A stretch of DNA of 62,895 bases, the filler included, from Globobulimina sp. (lineage: Eukaryota), in the NCBI GenBank assembly GCA_003354225.1. It is 18 parts of 18 records of this genome, joined end to end, with 100 filler letters (N's around TTAATTAATTAA, not from the genome) between each part and the next. Parts side by side here need not be neighbours in the genome. Positions count along the whole stretch, not along the records: positions 21,011 to 24,411 come from PIVH01002898.1; positions 24,512 to 27,912 come from PIVH01002899.1; positions 28,013 to 31,412 come from PIVH01002900.1; positions 31,513 to 34,912 come from PIVH01002901.1; 14 more parts are not named here. One strand, given 5' to 3'. Each line of letters begins with the position of its first letter. The stretch's first letter is position 1. The position numbers were made by a program, and so were the translations under genes. Positions 21,157-32,932 of the stretch are shown here, piece after piece. Below the pieces are notes generated by a model. The model had not been told where the DNA came from and searched no databases. It worked only from the letters and a program-made list of their open reading frames with translations.

Positions 21157-23508
21157 TTATATTAATTCTATACAGTTTAAATTTCTACAATATGCGATGG
21201 CATCATTCGTAGAAACAAATAATTTAATATTATTGTCTTGAAACGAACATTTTTTACAAGATTCATATTTTTTGAATGAATTAATAACCGATAATTTACA
21301 ATTTGAAAAAGCAATATATTTCTGACTTGTTTTTAAATCCTGAAACAATGAACAAATTTGTCTTAATGTCGTAGTATCCACAAATGCCGTTAAATTCAAT
21401 GAAATAATAATAAAATGTACATAAGAATATTGTTTATCTGATATCAATTCATTCAATTTGTTTATTAACTGTTTACTGTTAATATACGACATTTGCGCAT
21501 TCAATTCAATAATTATTATATCCTCATTCTCAATATTAACATCCTCCCCGTCCACCATATTCGCTTCATGAACACTCGGCAAATATTTCATAAATTTCTC
21601 ATCAACAAAGATATTGTTATTATCATTCTTATTTGCATTTAATTCGACCAATGTATTGACTTTGACGCAAACTGAAGAATTCCTCACAATGAAATTAACA
21701 AAAACCGAAGCAAAAATAGCAACGAAAATACCAAGTTCAAGCCCGACAATAAGCGGTGCAAACAATGCCACACTAAACTCAAATAACTCAATTTTAGACA
21801 CATGATATAAGAATTTAAATTCTTGCACGCCGTTATTAATCAATCGATACACAGAGACAGTCACAACTGCAGATAATATGCATTTGGGCAGCGGTGACAA
21901 GGCAGGCATTGCAAATAATAAACATAGCATACAAATTATGGATTGGATGACTTGCGATGTCGATGTATATGCATTCATGTCAAAGTTTAGCGCACTGCGA
22001 CTGAACGAAGCTGAGACCGCTTGTGAGCCAAAAAAGGAGCCGATCATATTTGCCATGCCATATGCTATAAATTCTGAATTTGCATTCAATTTTAAATCAC
22101 AAATTTTCAGAGGTTTTAATATCGGATTTCCGTCAATGTCTAATACGTCGCTGTTGTTTGGTAATAAACCAATTTCTAACTCTTGATATTTTTCAGCAAT
22201 TTTATTCTTTGTATTGGTGGATAATCGGATACTTTCCATTTCTGTGGTGCCGTTATAATAATCTTGCAATTCTTTTTTGTAATTATTATTTGTCTGTTGT
22301 TCGAATTGCGTTGCCAGCGCTAATGAGCCCATATATGACACAATTGCGACTTAGAGGGATGGTAACATTTAGACACAAATTAATTTATGAATATACAGCA
22401 GAAACACTCAAATTTTTGAGTGTTTCTGGTATAAATACTCGATTTAAGCCGTTTTTTGATCTTAAAAACAAACTAAATCGATAGTTTCAAGAGGTTATGG
22501 TCCATGAATCTAAATGTTACCTATGAAGGCTCCAAAAAACGTTTCTATAAAATAATGAAAATGCGGTATTGTGGGTCTTGGAAATCCTTTTTTAACGTCG
22601 TCACCAACAACGACCACGCCTTGAGATTTAAGATCTAAAATATATGATAAAAATATATTCGATAATATAACCAATAATGGTATTGCTATTTTAATCCATT
22701 TTGGTATTTTATCTCTTACGCATTTAATACATTTGAATTTCGGTATAAATAAAATAAATAAGGAAGTAAATGATATGACATAAGTCAGGCCATGAATGGT
22801 ATTGATATTTTCAAGAATTGCCATTAATGTTTCGTCAAACAAATGGAATCTACCAACGGTTAAACCCAATAAACCTTTAATTTGCTCGATTAATATAATG
22901 AAGGCAGCAGCTGTTATGAAGCCAGTCATGATTGGTTTGGATAAGAAGATGGTGATAAATCTGCCTGCTCTGAATATGCCAAACATGAATAATATTAAAC
23001 CTGTATTGAAGGAGACCATCATTGCAATAAGCTCGTACTCGCCAGAAACATGAATGTTTCTATTATTATGATCTTTGATTATTTGCTCAATGCAGGATGA
23101 GACCATTATTGCTGTTGGAGCTACGGGACCAACACTCACTGAATGCATACAATTTATTTTTGTTTGTGTGTCTGTATATATTTGTATACCTTGTGTTGAT
23201 GTTGAAAATAATACGTAAATAAGTATTGGTACAATGGATGCATATAATCCCCATTCTGGAGGTAATCCAGCTAATTGTGCATATGCCAATGATTGTGGTA
23301 CTAATAATATTGCCACTGTTAATCCTGCGACAATATCTTTTTTAAACCATTCCATATTATAGGATCTGATCCATCTCAGTATTGGTAATATTTCTGACAT
23401 GAGTCTTCCACAGGACATTTCCTTCCGTTTTCTATGGAAGAAATTTTGTAATGTATTATCTTTTTCTATGGTGTATTTATCATAAAAATCATGCAGGGAT
23501 GACGCCAT
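21157..23508 (-). CDS. SLC26/SulP anion (sulfate) transporter with STAS domain (introns 23139-23189 and 22350-22520)
   Basis: 'DIVAGLTVAILLVPQSLAYAQLAGLPPEWGLY', 'NSEFIAYGMAN', 'ASFSRSA', STAS 'AFVDTT'. Both GT-AG introns restore the frame and consensus motifs. Confidence 0.93.
22350..22520 (-). other. 171-nt spliceosomal intron bounded by a perfect 13-bp inverted repeat (introner/MITE-like)
   Basis: GGTAACATTTAGA (22361-22373) pairs with TCTAAATGTTACC (22509-22521), which overlaps the GT donor. Internal 14-bp hairpin at 22399-22428. Confidence 0.7.
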
Positions 23509-23563
23509 AATAAACTTAAAACTACTTCACTGTTTTTCAACTACTTACATTTCTACATAAAGA

Positions 23564-24172
23564 ATGGGAAACATATTTTGTAAACCACGAGATCATTCAT
23601 GCAATTCACCGAAATACTTTTCTGTGGATATCAATTCATTAAATTATGACTGTACTAATGTCTCAAAGACAGTCAAAGTGTGTAAAGTTGTTGTGTTAGG
23701 TGACGAAACTTCGAGTAAGTCACAATTAATCCGTCGATATACTGATAATACAATGTCAAAACAATTACAAATCGGGAATGTCTTCTACAACATTGCTGTA
23801 TGGGATGTCCCAAACAGTATATTTGACGCATATGATATGGCGCATATTTATTGTCAAAATGCTACTGCGGCAGTAATTGTTATTGACGTTACACATCCAA
23901 ATGCTTTAACTAATGCATACAAACTAATATCAGCGGTTAAATTAACAAATAAAGATATTCCTATTGTAATATTAGCAAATAAATGGAATTCAAAATTGCG
24001 ATTATTGAATCACAATCAAATGGAATCATTTTGCAATGGAATATATAATTTTATTTCGTGGCAAAAAGTAAAAAATAAGTATGATGGAAGCATTGTGAGT
24101 CGGCACGATCAGATTTTTAAACAAATGATTAAAAAAATAATTAATTTAAAAGTAAAAAGTTTTAAATATTAA
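23564..24172 (+). CDS. Divergent Ras/Rab-superfamily small GTPase-like protein (degenerate G boxes), N-terminal MG
   Basis: 'KVVVLGDETSSKSQLIRRY', 'AVWDVP', 'YCQNATAAVIVIDVT', 'IPIVILANKWN'. Confidence 0.8.
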   Translation: MGNIFCKPRDHSCNSPKYFSVDINSLNYDCTNVSKTVKVCKVVVLGDETSSKSQLIRRYTDNTMSKQLQIGNVFYNIAVWDVPNSIFDAYDMAHIYCQNATAAVIVIDVTHPNALTNAYKLISAVKLTNKDIPIVILANKWNSKLRLLNHNQMESFCNGIYNFISWQKVKNKYDGSIVSRHDQIFKQMIKKIINLKVKSFKY

Positions 24173-24511
24173 TATTTCAACCTTTAATTATTTATCTATG
24201 TTTCTATTCATACATAATTCATTTTTTTTAAACTTGTTGTGTTGTTACTTTGTTTTTTTATTTGTATGGTTTGTTGTTTGTCACTCTTCCCATATCCATT
24301 ACAATTGAAGTAATGCTCTTTTCAATAATTATAAACATGAACGAGAAACGTTGCCTATATCCTTGCACATTTTGTTTTTATTACTGTATATATGGACAAA
24401 AACGTATACAANNNNNNNNNNNNNNNNNNNNNNNNNNNNNNNNNNNNNNNNNNNNTTAATTAATTAANNNNNNNNNNNNNNNNNNNNNNNNNNNNNNNNN
24501 NNNNNNNNNNN

Positions 24512-24771
24512 CTTGTTTTTTGTCTTTGTTTTCTTTCGCGCTCTCGTCGCTGTGCTTTTCTTTCGCTTTCTTGTCTTTGTCGTTCACATTCTTCTTGTGC
24601 GGCTGTATTCGCCACTGCTGTTTCTCTTTGTTTTTGTGCATATAAATTTTGTGCTTCTCTATTCCGTGCTGCAACTAATCTTAGCCTTTCTTGTCGTTTA
24701 CGTTCTTCTTCTGCCTCCTCTCTTAACCTTTGTTGTCGTTTTTGTTCTTCATAACTTAACCACAGCGACAT
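24512..24771 (-). CDS. Charged coiled-coil protein, 3'-truncated
   Basis: ATG-initiated E/R/Q-rich ORF running into the spacer. Confidence 0.5.
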
Positions 24772-24897
24772 GCGCGTTTATGGGTGTTGCCAATTAAGAG
24801 GTGAACAGAACAAGTATCACACAATCGATATCATGATGCGATATCACACAATTTTGAACCACTATTTATTAATACTTGTCACAATATACACATGCTT

Positions 24898-26862
24898 TCA
24901 ACAAACATGGTGATCGAATCTAACACCAAACTTGTTTCCTTTCACAATTTGTGTAATCTCAGCATCCGGTACCACTCCATTTGGATTCGGTGTATTATGC
25001 ACTTGGTACCAAATAGACACTTTATGTGACACAACGCGAAAGAATTGGCGACAAACATCGTCATCCAATGGCAAAGCTTCGTGTGGTGTTCGATCACAAA
25101 TCCAATAAATTAAGCCAGCTTTCGTAACTATTTTATTTGCTAAGCGATTAACATTCTTTCTTAAATGTTCAATATCGCCTAATTTCCCTATTATTTCCGC
25201 GCCAGTTTCCTCATTCCGTACAATTTTGCAATTCCAAATAGCACAAGAATCGTCCACATTGGATGCAATATATAACCCATCACGCTGTACATAGTAAGTG
25301 CTGTACCCTCCACCCCATCCAACCCGATAACGTTGACTTACATTATGTCCATCACCTTTGGAAATATCAATAGTCCCTGGACTTTCTGTATGCAATCCGC
25401 CTCTTCTTTGCGTTCTGCCCTTTTGCATCAATGATTCCTGAACAGTCAAATAACCGATTTTATGTTCCTGGGTACGGTCACAAGCAATGCATTGCTCAAT
25501 CATTCTCCAATACGATTCTACATATAACGGAAGTTTACTTTCTTTAAAACTCCTGCTCATAATAAATGGCATCATATTAATATTAATTCCTCTCGGTTTG
25601 GGGAAATGGGTCTCAGAGTCATTGTAAATCACCCGTTCCCGCGTACACTTTGCATAAATCTGATCTGTTTTGATCCATTTCTTCCAATAATTCACCTTTG
25701 TACTACCTACAAGTTCCCATATTGCCTAGTTAAGTAAGCATAGATTTATTTATTAGCGTTTCCATGAGATTATAAATGATATATATACCTTGACAATGTA
25801 TCTCATTCCACGTAAATTGCTCCAAATATTAGAATCATCGTAGACCCCACAAAGAATAGTCCTAGCAATGGGCTCCAGAACACAAGCTTTCGTAATATCA
25901 TATTGCATCACATCCAGACATCCCGCAATCCACTGAGTCACTGCGTCAATCATTGCTATCGCATTGGGCAAAGCTGCATGTTTGCAATGTAAAATATCAT
26001 TGTCCTGCACTTTGTATTCCAAACATGTTTTACGTACATCTAACATTTCATCATTATGCTGTTGACATAAAATGAAATCCGCACCTTGATGGAGCTCTAA
26101 TTGACTCACAATCTCTCGCCGAATATCCTGGATTGTCTCATTTACGGTGGTCTCCACTTGCAATGTGTTTCGAAATGCATTATCTAACATTGCTACCACA
26201 TGGACATAGATCGGAAACTTTCTGTACACCACAGTTATAAACAAGGAATCGTTGTCTTTAATATCACATTCTGTCAAAATTTGCTCATCCAACAGTGCCA
26301 CGCTGTAACCATACGACACATTTATTTCTTGTATTTCTGCAATGGGTAATTTTAACTCTTTAATGATTTTAGTTTTTATATCAGCCACAGTATGATCCAA
26401 ATTTAGTTTTATTTTGCAATCGATACTTTTCGAGGATTTGAATTTCCAATGTTTCCTAATTCGCAATGTCAAAGTTTTCGACATTGTAATGGCTTTTGCA
26501 ATATTTTGCATATAGAATCTGTTTTTAATTTTATTCTCAATTAACTGTGATAAGTGTTGCCAATCGATATTATCTTGTTTTTTATCGTCTGACTCTTCCT
26601 GATTTGTATGTAAATTATATACATATTTCGGTTGAACTAATAAAACCAAAAAATGTTTGCGATGGATTCCCATTTCTTGTGCAGTCTGATCCGTTTGTAA
26701 TATGTTGCCACGGTGTACTAATGTTTGTATTTTGGGTGGCATTGCAGTACCGAATAACACAGATATTTTAGCTTTTATGTCCTTCAATTTATCTGTATTT
26801 GATAGTTGCATGTTGAATTTATGCAGATTTGATAGCGTTTTAATTGTGATATCAAAAGCCAT
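24898..26862 (-). CDS. Three ubiquitin-like domains fused to a 2OG-Fe(II) dioxygenase-like domain (intron 25726-25788)
   Basis: A phase-0 GT-AG intron joins YIVK to AIWELVGSTKVNYWK. UBL motifs 'DKLKDIKAKI', 'HTVADIKTKI', 'ETIQDIRREI'; C-terminal 'QRRGGLHTE...DRTPHE...RQFFR'. Confidence 0.75.
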
Positions 26863-26938
26863 TGGGTCGTTAAAGTTAAGATAATGTTTTGCAGCACACA
26901 TTTAAAACTCTTACTATCCAACAAAAAAAAAAAGCAAA

Positions 26939-27912
26939 ATGACAATTCTTCCACTGAATGACAGACCAGTAACAGTTCCAGTGGCCATCTTTTCGATATC
27001 AATTTCAATTTTATGTTGTTTATCAGCAAAACGTATCATTCGCCATACGAATAATCCTCGCAAAGATGCGGAAGAAAGCCAAGTATCGCAATATTTCCGT
27101 ATTACCGCTCAGACAGCAGCAATATTCAATAGCTTGTGTGCTTTGAGTGTGTCAGTTTACTGTATCTGGATTGTGTGGGACCCAGTTACTATTTTTTTCG
27201 TCTTCCATCCGTCTCATTATATGCGTGCAGTGTCGACAATATTTTGGTTTTTAGCTAAAATCTCAATCATTTGGCTATATAATGGCCGCTTATATTTCAC
27301 CTTAGCCGAGGCGTACAGTGCCATTAGAACATCGCGAACATTTTTCATTGCAATCAATGCGTTGGTTATCGTGATCGCACCGTTATGTATTATTTGTGGA
27401 TATGTCTCGGTTTACAATGGTGTGATGTTTCCTTTTTTGGCGAGTTTTGCTTTTCAATTTTTGCGCATGTTTTACATTGTGTTGACGGCTGGTTTGGTAT
27501 TGATGTTCAGCAAAAAAATGCTGATTTTATCCAATGACTTCCAGACACACACTGCGTGCAATTCGGATACAAGTCATACAGTAACAAATGACACTAAATT
27601 ATCTCAAATTACGTCAAAAAACCCTGAAATCAAAATTACAAATTGTGACTCCAATAACCAAGAAATTTTAACACTTTATATGGACATTACGACACGGAAT
27701 GCGATTTTGGTTTCGTTTATATTGATTTCTTCCATTTTTACAGCATTTTGTTGGTTGGCATTTAGTTATTTATTCCCTGAGTTTGAGCGGAATCATTTAA
27801 CACTATTAATCCCATTAAATTATTTCGCGATCGATTCTTTAGTCGATTCAATTTGCATTTATTTATTATTTCATTTCGGGAAAACAAAATATCATTCGTT
27901 ATGCAGTAAATG
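26939..27912 (+). CDS. Seven-transmembrane (GPCR-like) protein, 3'-truncated
   Basis: Seven hydrophobic segments with a long polar loop between TM5 and TM6 and TM7 'IDSLVDSICIYLLF'. Confidence 0.7.
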
Positions 27913-28012
27913 NNNNNNNNNNNNNNNNNNNNNNNNNNNNNNNNNNNNNNNNNNNNTTAATTAATTAANNNNNNNNNNNNNNNNNNNNNNNNNNNNNNNN
28001 NNNNNNNNNNNN

Positions 28013-31000
28013 AACATGGAAGAGCTTGGAATGAGTATGGAATGCAAAATAATTATAAAACGCTATAAAGACACCGTAACAGCCAAGTTAGAGAAAGAAA
28101 ATACGCGGCTAATGGACAGAATTAAAGAGATTGAGAAACAATTACAGCAACAAAGAAAAAGTTAAGTGATATTAATGAATCTGGAAACACTTTTTTTTGA
28201 ACGTTTTTGTATTAATACAATTGTAGCAAACGATATTATTGGCAATAATGGCAATGATGTTAGATATAATTTTGACGGCTTTGAAGATAATATAATTATT
28301 TTACGCTCAGAGTGTAATAATAAACCATTGATGGCAAAGTCAGGCAAATTAGAGGCAGCCAAAGGATTCATTGGTTTTGAGATTTATACCAAATGGAAAA
28401 TGATAAAATGTACAAATGGAACATATAAATTGCAACAATATAATGACGATAATGGCAATGAAGATGGTCAGAATATGTTTATTCGTATGCTAGAAAATGG
28501 TGATATTGACGTTAAAGGAAATGGCAGTCCACACTGTGCGTTCAGAGCACATTTAGTGACCAATGCAAATGTCATCTTGTTCGAATCTGTTCTGTTTCCA
28601 AATAAATATTTAGGTATGAAAATATTCAAATTTTTTTGCGTAGGTAAATTATCAAAAACGTTTCTGAAATAATTGTGAGATAACAATGTTTTTAAATTTC
28701 TGAAATAAATAACGTTTTTGATACATATTTCAACGCATTTTCACTTAATTTCTCTTGATATGTATTTTCAGCATCAAATAAAAACGGAAATGTATACGCA
28801 TACAACTGCGACGATGATCTAACTATTATGGATAATAAAGAGTGCATGTTCCAGGTCTTGACAATACAAAATAACACCATTATAAGTGTCAGGCGCATAG
28901 ACAACGGCAAAATATTTGCTTTGCTCATGGATTTAAATAATAACATATTGAGTTTAAAAACAATGATACATAAAAAAGAAAGTGTGCCTATCACAAAACA
29001 GATATTATATTTCCAGGACACGCAATTAATTGACAACAAAACGTTGATTGCATACAACATCCACAATAATGACATTATCGATTTGCAGTTGAAAATAGCT
29101 AAAACATACACAACGTCATCGTCCGGATCAGGATCCAGCGACGATTTAAATGACGCAAAAGAGTCTCAAGACGATGCAGACGAAGAGGTGTCATCCAGTG
29201 ACGACTACGACGATCCATCCGAACCAGACACGGTGTCATCGTCGGAAGAAAGTACTGAGTCAGATATCGACGACGAGCCAAAACATGAAAATGACGACGA
29301 TTACAAACATGTAGATGGCGAAGAAGAAGATGTACCGCATATTGACGGAGCAACGTCGCCGAAGTCGACCAAATCAGCTGGAACCACCTCGAAATTTGAT
29401 ATGTGCGTAAACGAAATGGATGGGCATAACGGTACGTATTGCTGTGTTTTTTTGTGGTGTCAGTATAGTATGAATAATGTGACAATATTTAGGTGGTATA
29501 AGCTGCATTGCGTGTTCTCCGACGGATTATACTGTGATAACCGGTGGCGAACACGACCGGAGTCTACGAATCTGGAAACCTAAAAAAGTGGAGAGAAGTG
29601 ATGGCAAATTGTTGTCAGAGATAAGGTTTGTGCCTATACACAAAGCGAATGTGGACGGCACCGTGTTTTCGGTGTCGATGAGCGACGACGGCGCATTGAT
29701 CGCAGCTGGTTGTTCGTGGAGAAAATCGCAAAATGGATACGTTGTGGTCTGGAACATGAGCTCAGGCGGAGGCATTTTGTGCGATTTACGCAGTAAGAAA
29801 TCTGGCATCGGCGGACAGGTCAAACGGCGCAGACATGCCAGGTCTGTGTCGATGACGTTGGCCAAAGATTTGATGCAGTCTACGAACCGAGTCTCTGCGA
29901 CCAAAGTGTTTGAAATCAAGCGGACGGACAGTGTGCATTCGCTGCGATTCGGCGTGGTGCACTGCGTCAAATTGATGAAGTTTAAGAGCAAGAAAAGTAA
30001 GAGGATGAATTATTTGCTATTCGGCGGGGACACAACGGGCTGTGTGCTGTGCTGGAACTTGTCATTGAAGAATAAGCAAGTTCCAATTTGCCGGATCAAT
30101 GCCGGAAGCGATGTCATTTACGATTTGGCCATTATTAACAATAAATATTTGTTTTCTGTGTCGCACGATAAGACGATGCGATATTGCAATATTAAGGTAT
30201 TTATGTTTGCGGAGATGTTTATTTTGTGCCTATTTGCATTTTTGTGTAATAGGGTTTGAGGAAAAAAAAGCCGATAAGCGGCGATGTCGGCGATGAAAAG
30301 GAGGAAAAAAGTAAATTTGAGGCCATTGACACTATGCAAATCTATAAAGATCCGGAATATGCGCTACATTCTGTTGCGTTGAATTTGAATATCAAGAAAA
30401 AGTTCGAATTGGTGTTCGGTTCCAGGAAATGTCGGCAATTTGAAATGAATCAATTGGTAGTAATACGACATAAATTCAATAAATACCTATCCGTTACAAG
30501 AGGTTTACGCAGAAAGTTCGAGTTGACAGGAAACGGAAAAGCTGACCAATTATGGCACAAAACAACCAAATGGAATATTGAGTATTTGGATGGCGATAAA
30601 ATACGACTACGATCGCGGAAATCGGGCAAATATTTAAGAATGTCGCGGAATGGAACATGTGTCGACGTGTTGGGAGAAGGTGCTTCGTCTGAACATGAAA
30701 GTATATTTCGCTGGAAAGCAATGGAGAAAACGTTGCAATCTCACAAATATCCGAAATATTTTATGGCTGTGCAGAAAGAGGCGAATTCGAATTGTATTAT
30801 GTCGATAAAAAAAGAGGAGGTTAACGAGAATGTGTCGATTGAGTTTGAATTGTTTGACTCGAACACTTTAAATACATTTAAGTCGTTTTTTAATTATATT
30901 TATGAACCGCCACAAGATTTGGACCGTATTTGTAATTTAAAAGTAAGGCACAAACTACTTATTGTTCAGAGAAAGGATATAAACCATATCAAAGTGTTTA

Positions 31001-31393
31001 ATTTAAGGTATGTTATGTATGAATTATGTATGTGTACTTTTTGTTGTTATCTCATATTTCATTTGAAATTTAAGTGATGGCCAATCTGTGGATAAAAGTA
31101 CATTGTTGAAAAGATTTAAAATCGCACAATGTGAGTGTAGCAATATTATTGCATCAAAAACAAAACATGAAAAATCTAATATTTGCAATAAAAAGAAAGC
31201 AGATCAAGACGAAGATAAACACGTTTTTCGTATTTATGACTGCGGCATTTCATTCAATCAAAAATATGCGATTTTATGTGTTGGCATATTTGTTAAAAAT
31301 AATTTGAAAAAAGCAGTCTCTTTTTCGTTGAAAGGATTTAAAATACCATCCTCTCCAAAAAAACCATCCTCATTCAAATTTTGTCCTCAATGA
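28013..31393 (+). CDS. Multi-exon protein: coiled coil - beta-trefoil (fascin-like) - UBL - acidic linker - WD40 repeats with a second beta-trefoil-like insert; 5'-truncated
   Basis: GT-AG introns 28161-28226, 28614-28771, 29432-29492, 30197-30252 and 31008-31074 link the predicted ORFs into one frame. Splicing restores the WD40 repeat 'GHNGGISCIACSP...RSLRIWK'. Confidence 0.72.
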
Positions 31394-31512
31394 AAATTGT
31401 GTTATATATTTGNNNNNNNNNNNNNNNNNNNNNNNNNNNNNNNNNNNNNNNNNNNNTTAATTAATTAANNNNNNNNNNNNNNNNNNNNNNNNNNNNNNNN
31501 NNNNNNNNNNNN

Positions 31513-31588
31513 CAACGGCTTTCTCACTGGCTATTGATACAAAGCCGGGAGCCGTTTCTACAAAGTTGTCAAGCTGCGTCAACGCCAT
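31513..31588 (-). CDS. 5' end of the next phage gene (head morphogenesis/minor capsid protein by synteny)
   Basis: ATG 31588 overlaps the portal end; open to the contig end (MALTQLDNFVETAPGFVSIASEKAV). Function inferred from position only. Confidence 0.4.
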
Positions 31589-32930
31589 CTTCGACCACTA
31601 TATCTTCGTCTGTTGTTTCTCCTATATTTACAAGTGCTGCCTTTTCGGCTGCTTGCCTCTTTCGCTCTTCGACAGCGTCAACCGGGAGAGCTGCGAGTAT
31701 TGACTCGATTATCGTCTCATCTGATATGCCGATCTCTTTCATAAGCTTGGCATTTTCGAGCTTTTCTTTTACGTTATTCGGCAAGTTCCGTGTCATTTCA
31801 ATCTGAACAAAATGCTTTTTGTTCTTAAGCATAAATTTGACCTTATCTATAATCGAGCCGTTTCTAAATACCATTCGTTCAATCATCGCAATTGACTGCC
31901 TTTCGCCCTCTTTGAAGTCTGCCTCATACTCAGCGGCCACTATCTCAAGGCCCATGGGCTTATAGATGAGAGCAACACCGGATTCAGCGGCGAAGTCTTT
32001 ACTTGCAAAGTCTGGCACTCCAGAGACGTTGTGAACCTCCCCCACAAGAAAATCGCGTACACTGCCATGAAATTCACCGTCAACCTGTTTTGTCAGATAT
32101 TCGAGGGTGGCCTTTTCGTCCAGTTCAAATAACCTCTTATCCTTTGCCGTGGTGAGGTTCTTTTTATCCATCTTCTGGCCTTTTAGGATAAGGTAGGCCA
32201 GCTCAAATTTTTCTATTTCGTCAAGGTCAGATGATACTATTTTATCAATGGCATCAATGATGGATTTAACCGGGTCAAATACACCCACGCCGATATATTC
32301 GCCGTATGGAACCACGGGAATAACTTCAAATAAATTTGGGTCGTCGGGTCCGTCTGGCTTTATATTATCGGTACTGGTTTTTATATAATATTTAATATTC
32401 TTGTCATAGTATACGGTTATTTTCGTTTCATCATCAATCATTATATAGTGGATTACCGCTACTAATTCCGGTTCTATCGCATAGTTGTAAATAGGGATTA
32501 TCTCGCTACCTTTAACAATTGCATATTTAGGAGAGGTTTCACCCTTCGGGACATAGAACAATTTGTATGAATTACCATGGACAACTAAATCTTTTCCAAT
32601 AGTATCAATCTTCTTTTCCCATGAATTGTTGATAAACACCTCTTGTATCTTTTCTGAATAGGTGTCATCCTCAATGATATACTCCGGCTTTTCCTTAAAC
32701 ATGTAATTCTTTATCGTCAGTGATATGTTCCGGGCGAAAGGGACCATTACCCGGTTATCTGGAATTGTTGAATCGGTTTTAGCGTCTCTTTTTATTATTG
32801 TAGGGTTCTTACCCTTCCAGTAGAATTCATTCGCAATATACTTTTTGGCTACAGGTTGGTGCGCCTTGATGGCTGCATCAATCTGTTTGATGCTCAGTTC
32901 TTCGCCTTTTTCAATGTCAAATTTTATCAT
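31569..32930 (-). CDS. Phage portal protein, SPP1 gp6-like
   Basis: 'PDNRVMVPFARNI...YMF', 'IIDAIDKIVS', 'VPDFASKDFAAESGVALIYK', 'RNLP'; lies directly downstream of terL. Confidence 0.92.
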   Translation of the reverse strand: MIKFDIEKGEELSIKQIDAAIKAHQPVAKKYIANEFYWKGKNPTIIKRDAKTDSTIPDNRVMVPFARNISLTIKNYMFKEKPEYIIEDDTYSEKIQEVFINNSWEKKIDTIGKDLVVHGNSYKLFYVPKGETSPKYAIVKGSEIIPIYNYAIEPELVAVIHYIMIDDETKITVYYDKNIKYYIKTSTDNIKPDGPDDPNLFEVIPVVPYGEYIGVGVFDPVKSIIDAIDKIVSSDLDEIEKFELAYLILKGQKMDKKNLTTAKDKRLFELDEKATLEYLTKQVDGEFHGSVRDFLVGEVHNVSGVPDFASKDFAAESGVALIYKPMGLEIVAAEYEADFKEGERQSIAMIERMVFRNGSIIDKVKFMLKNKKHFVQIEMTRNLPNNVKEKLENAKLMKEIGISDETIIESILAALPVDAVEERKRQAAEKAALVNIGETTDEDIVVEDGVDAA

Positions 32931-32932
32931 AA

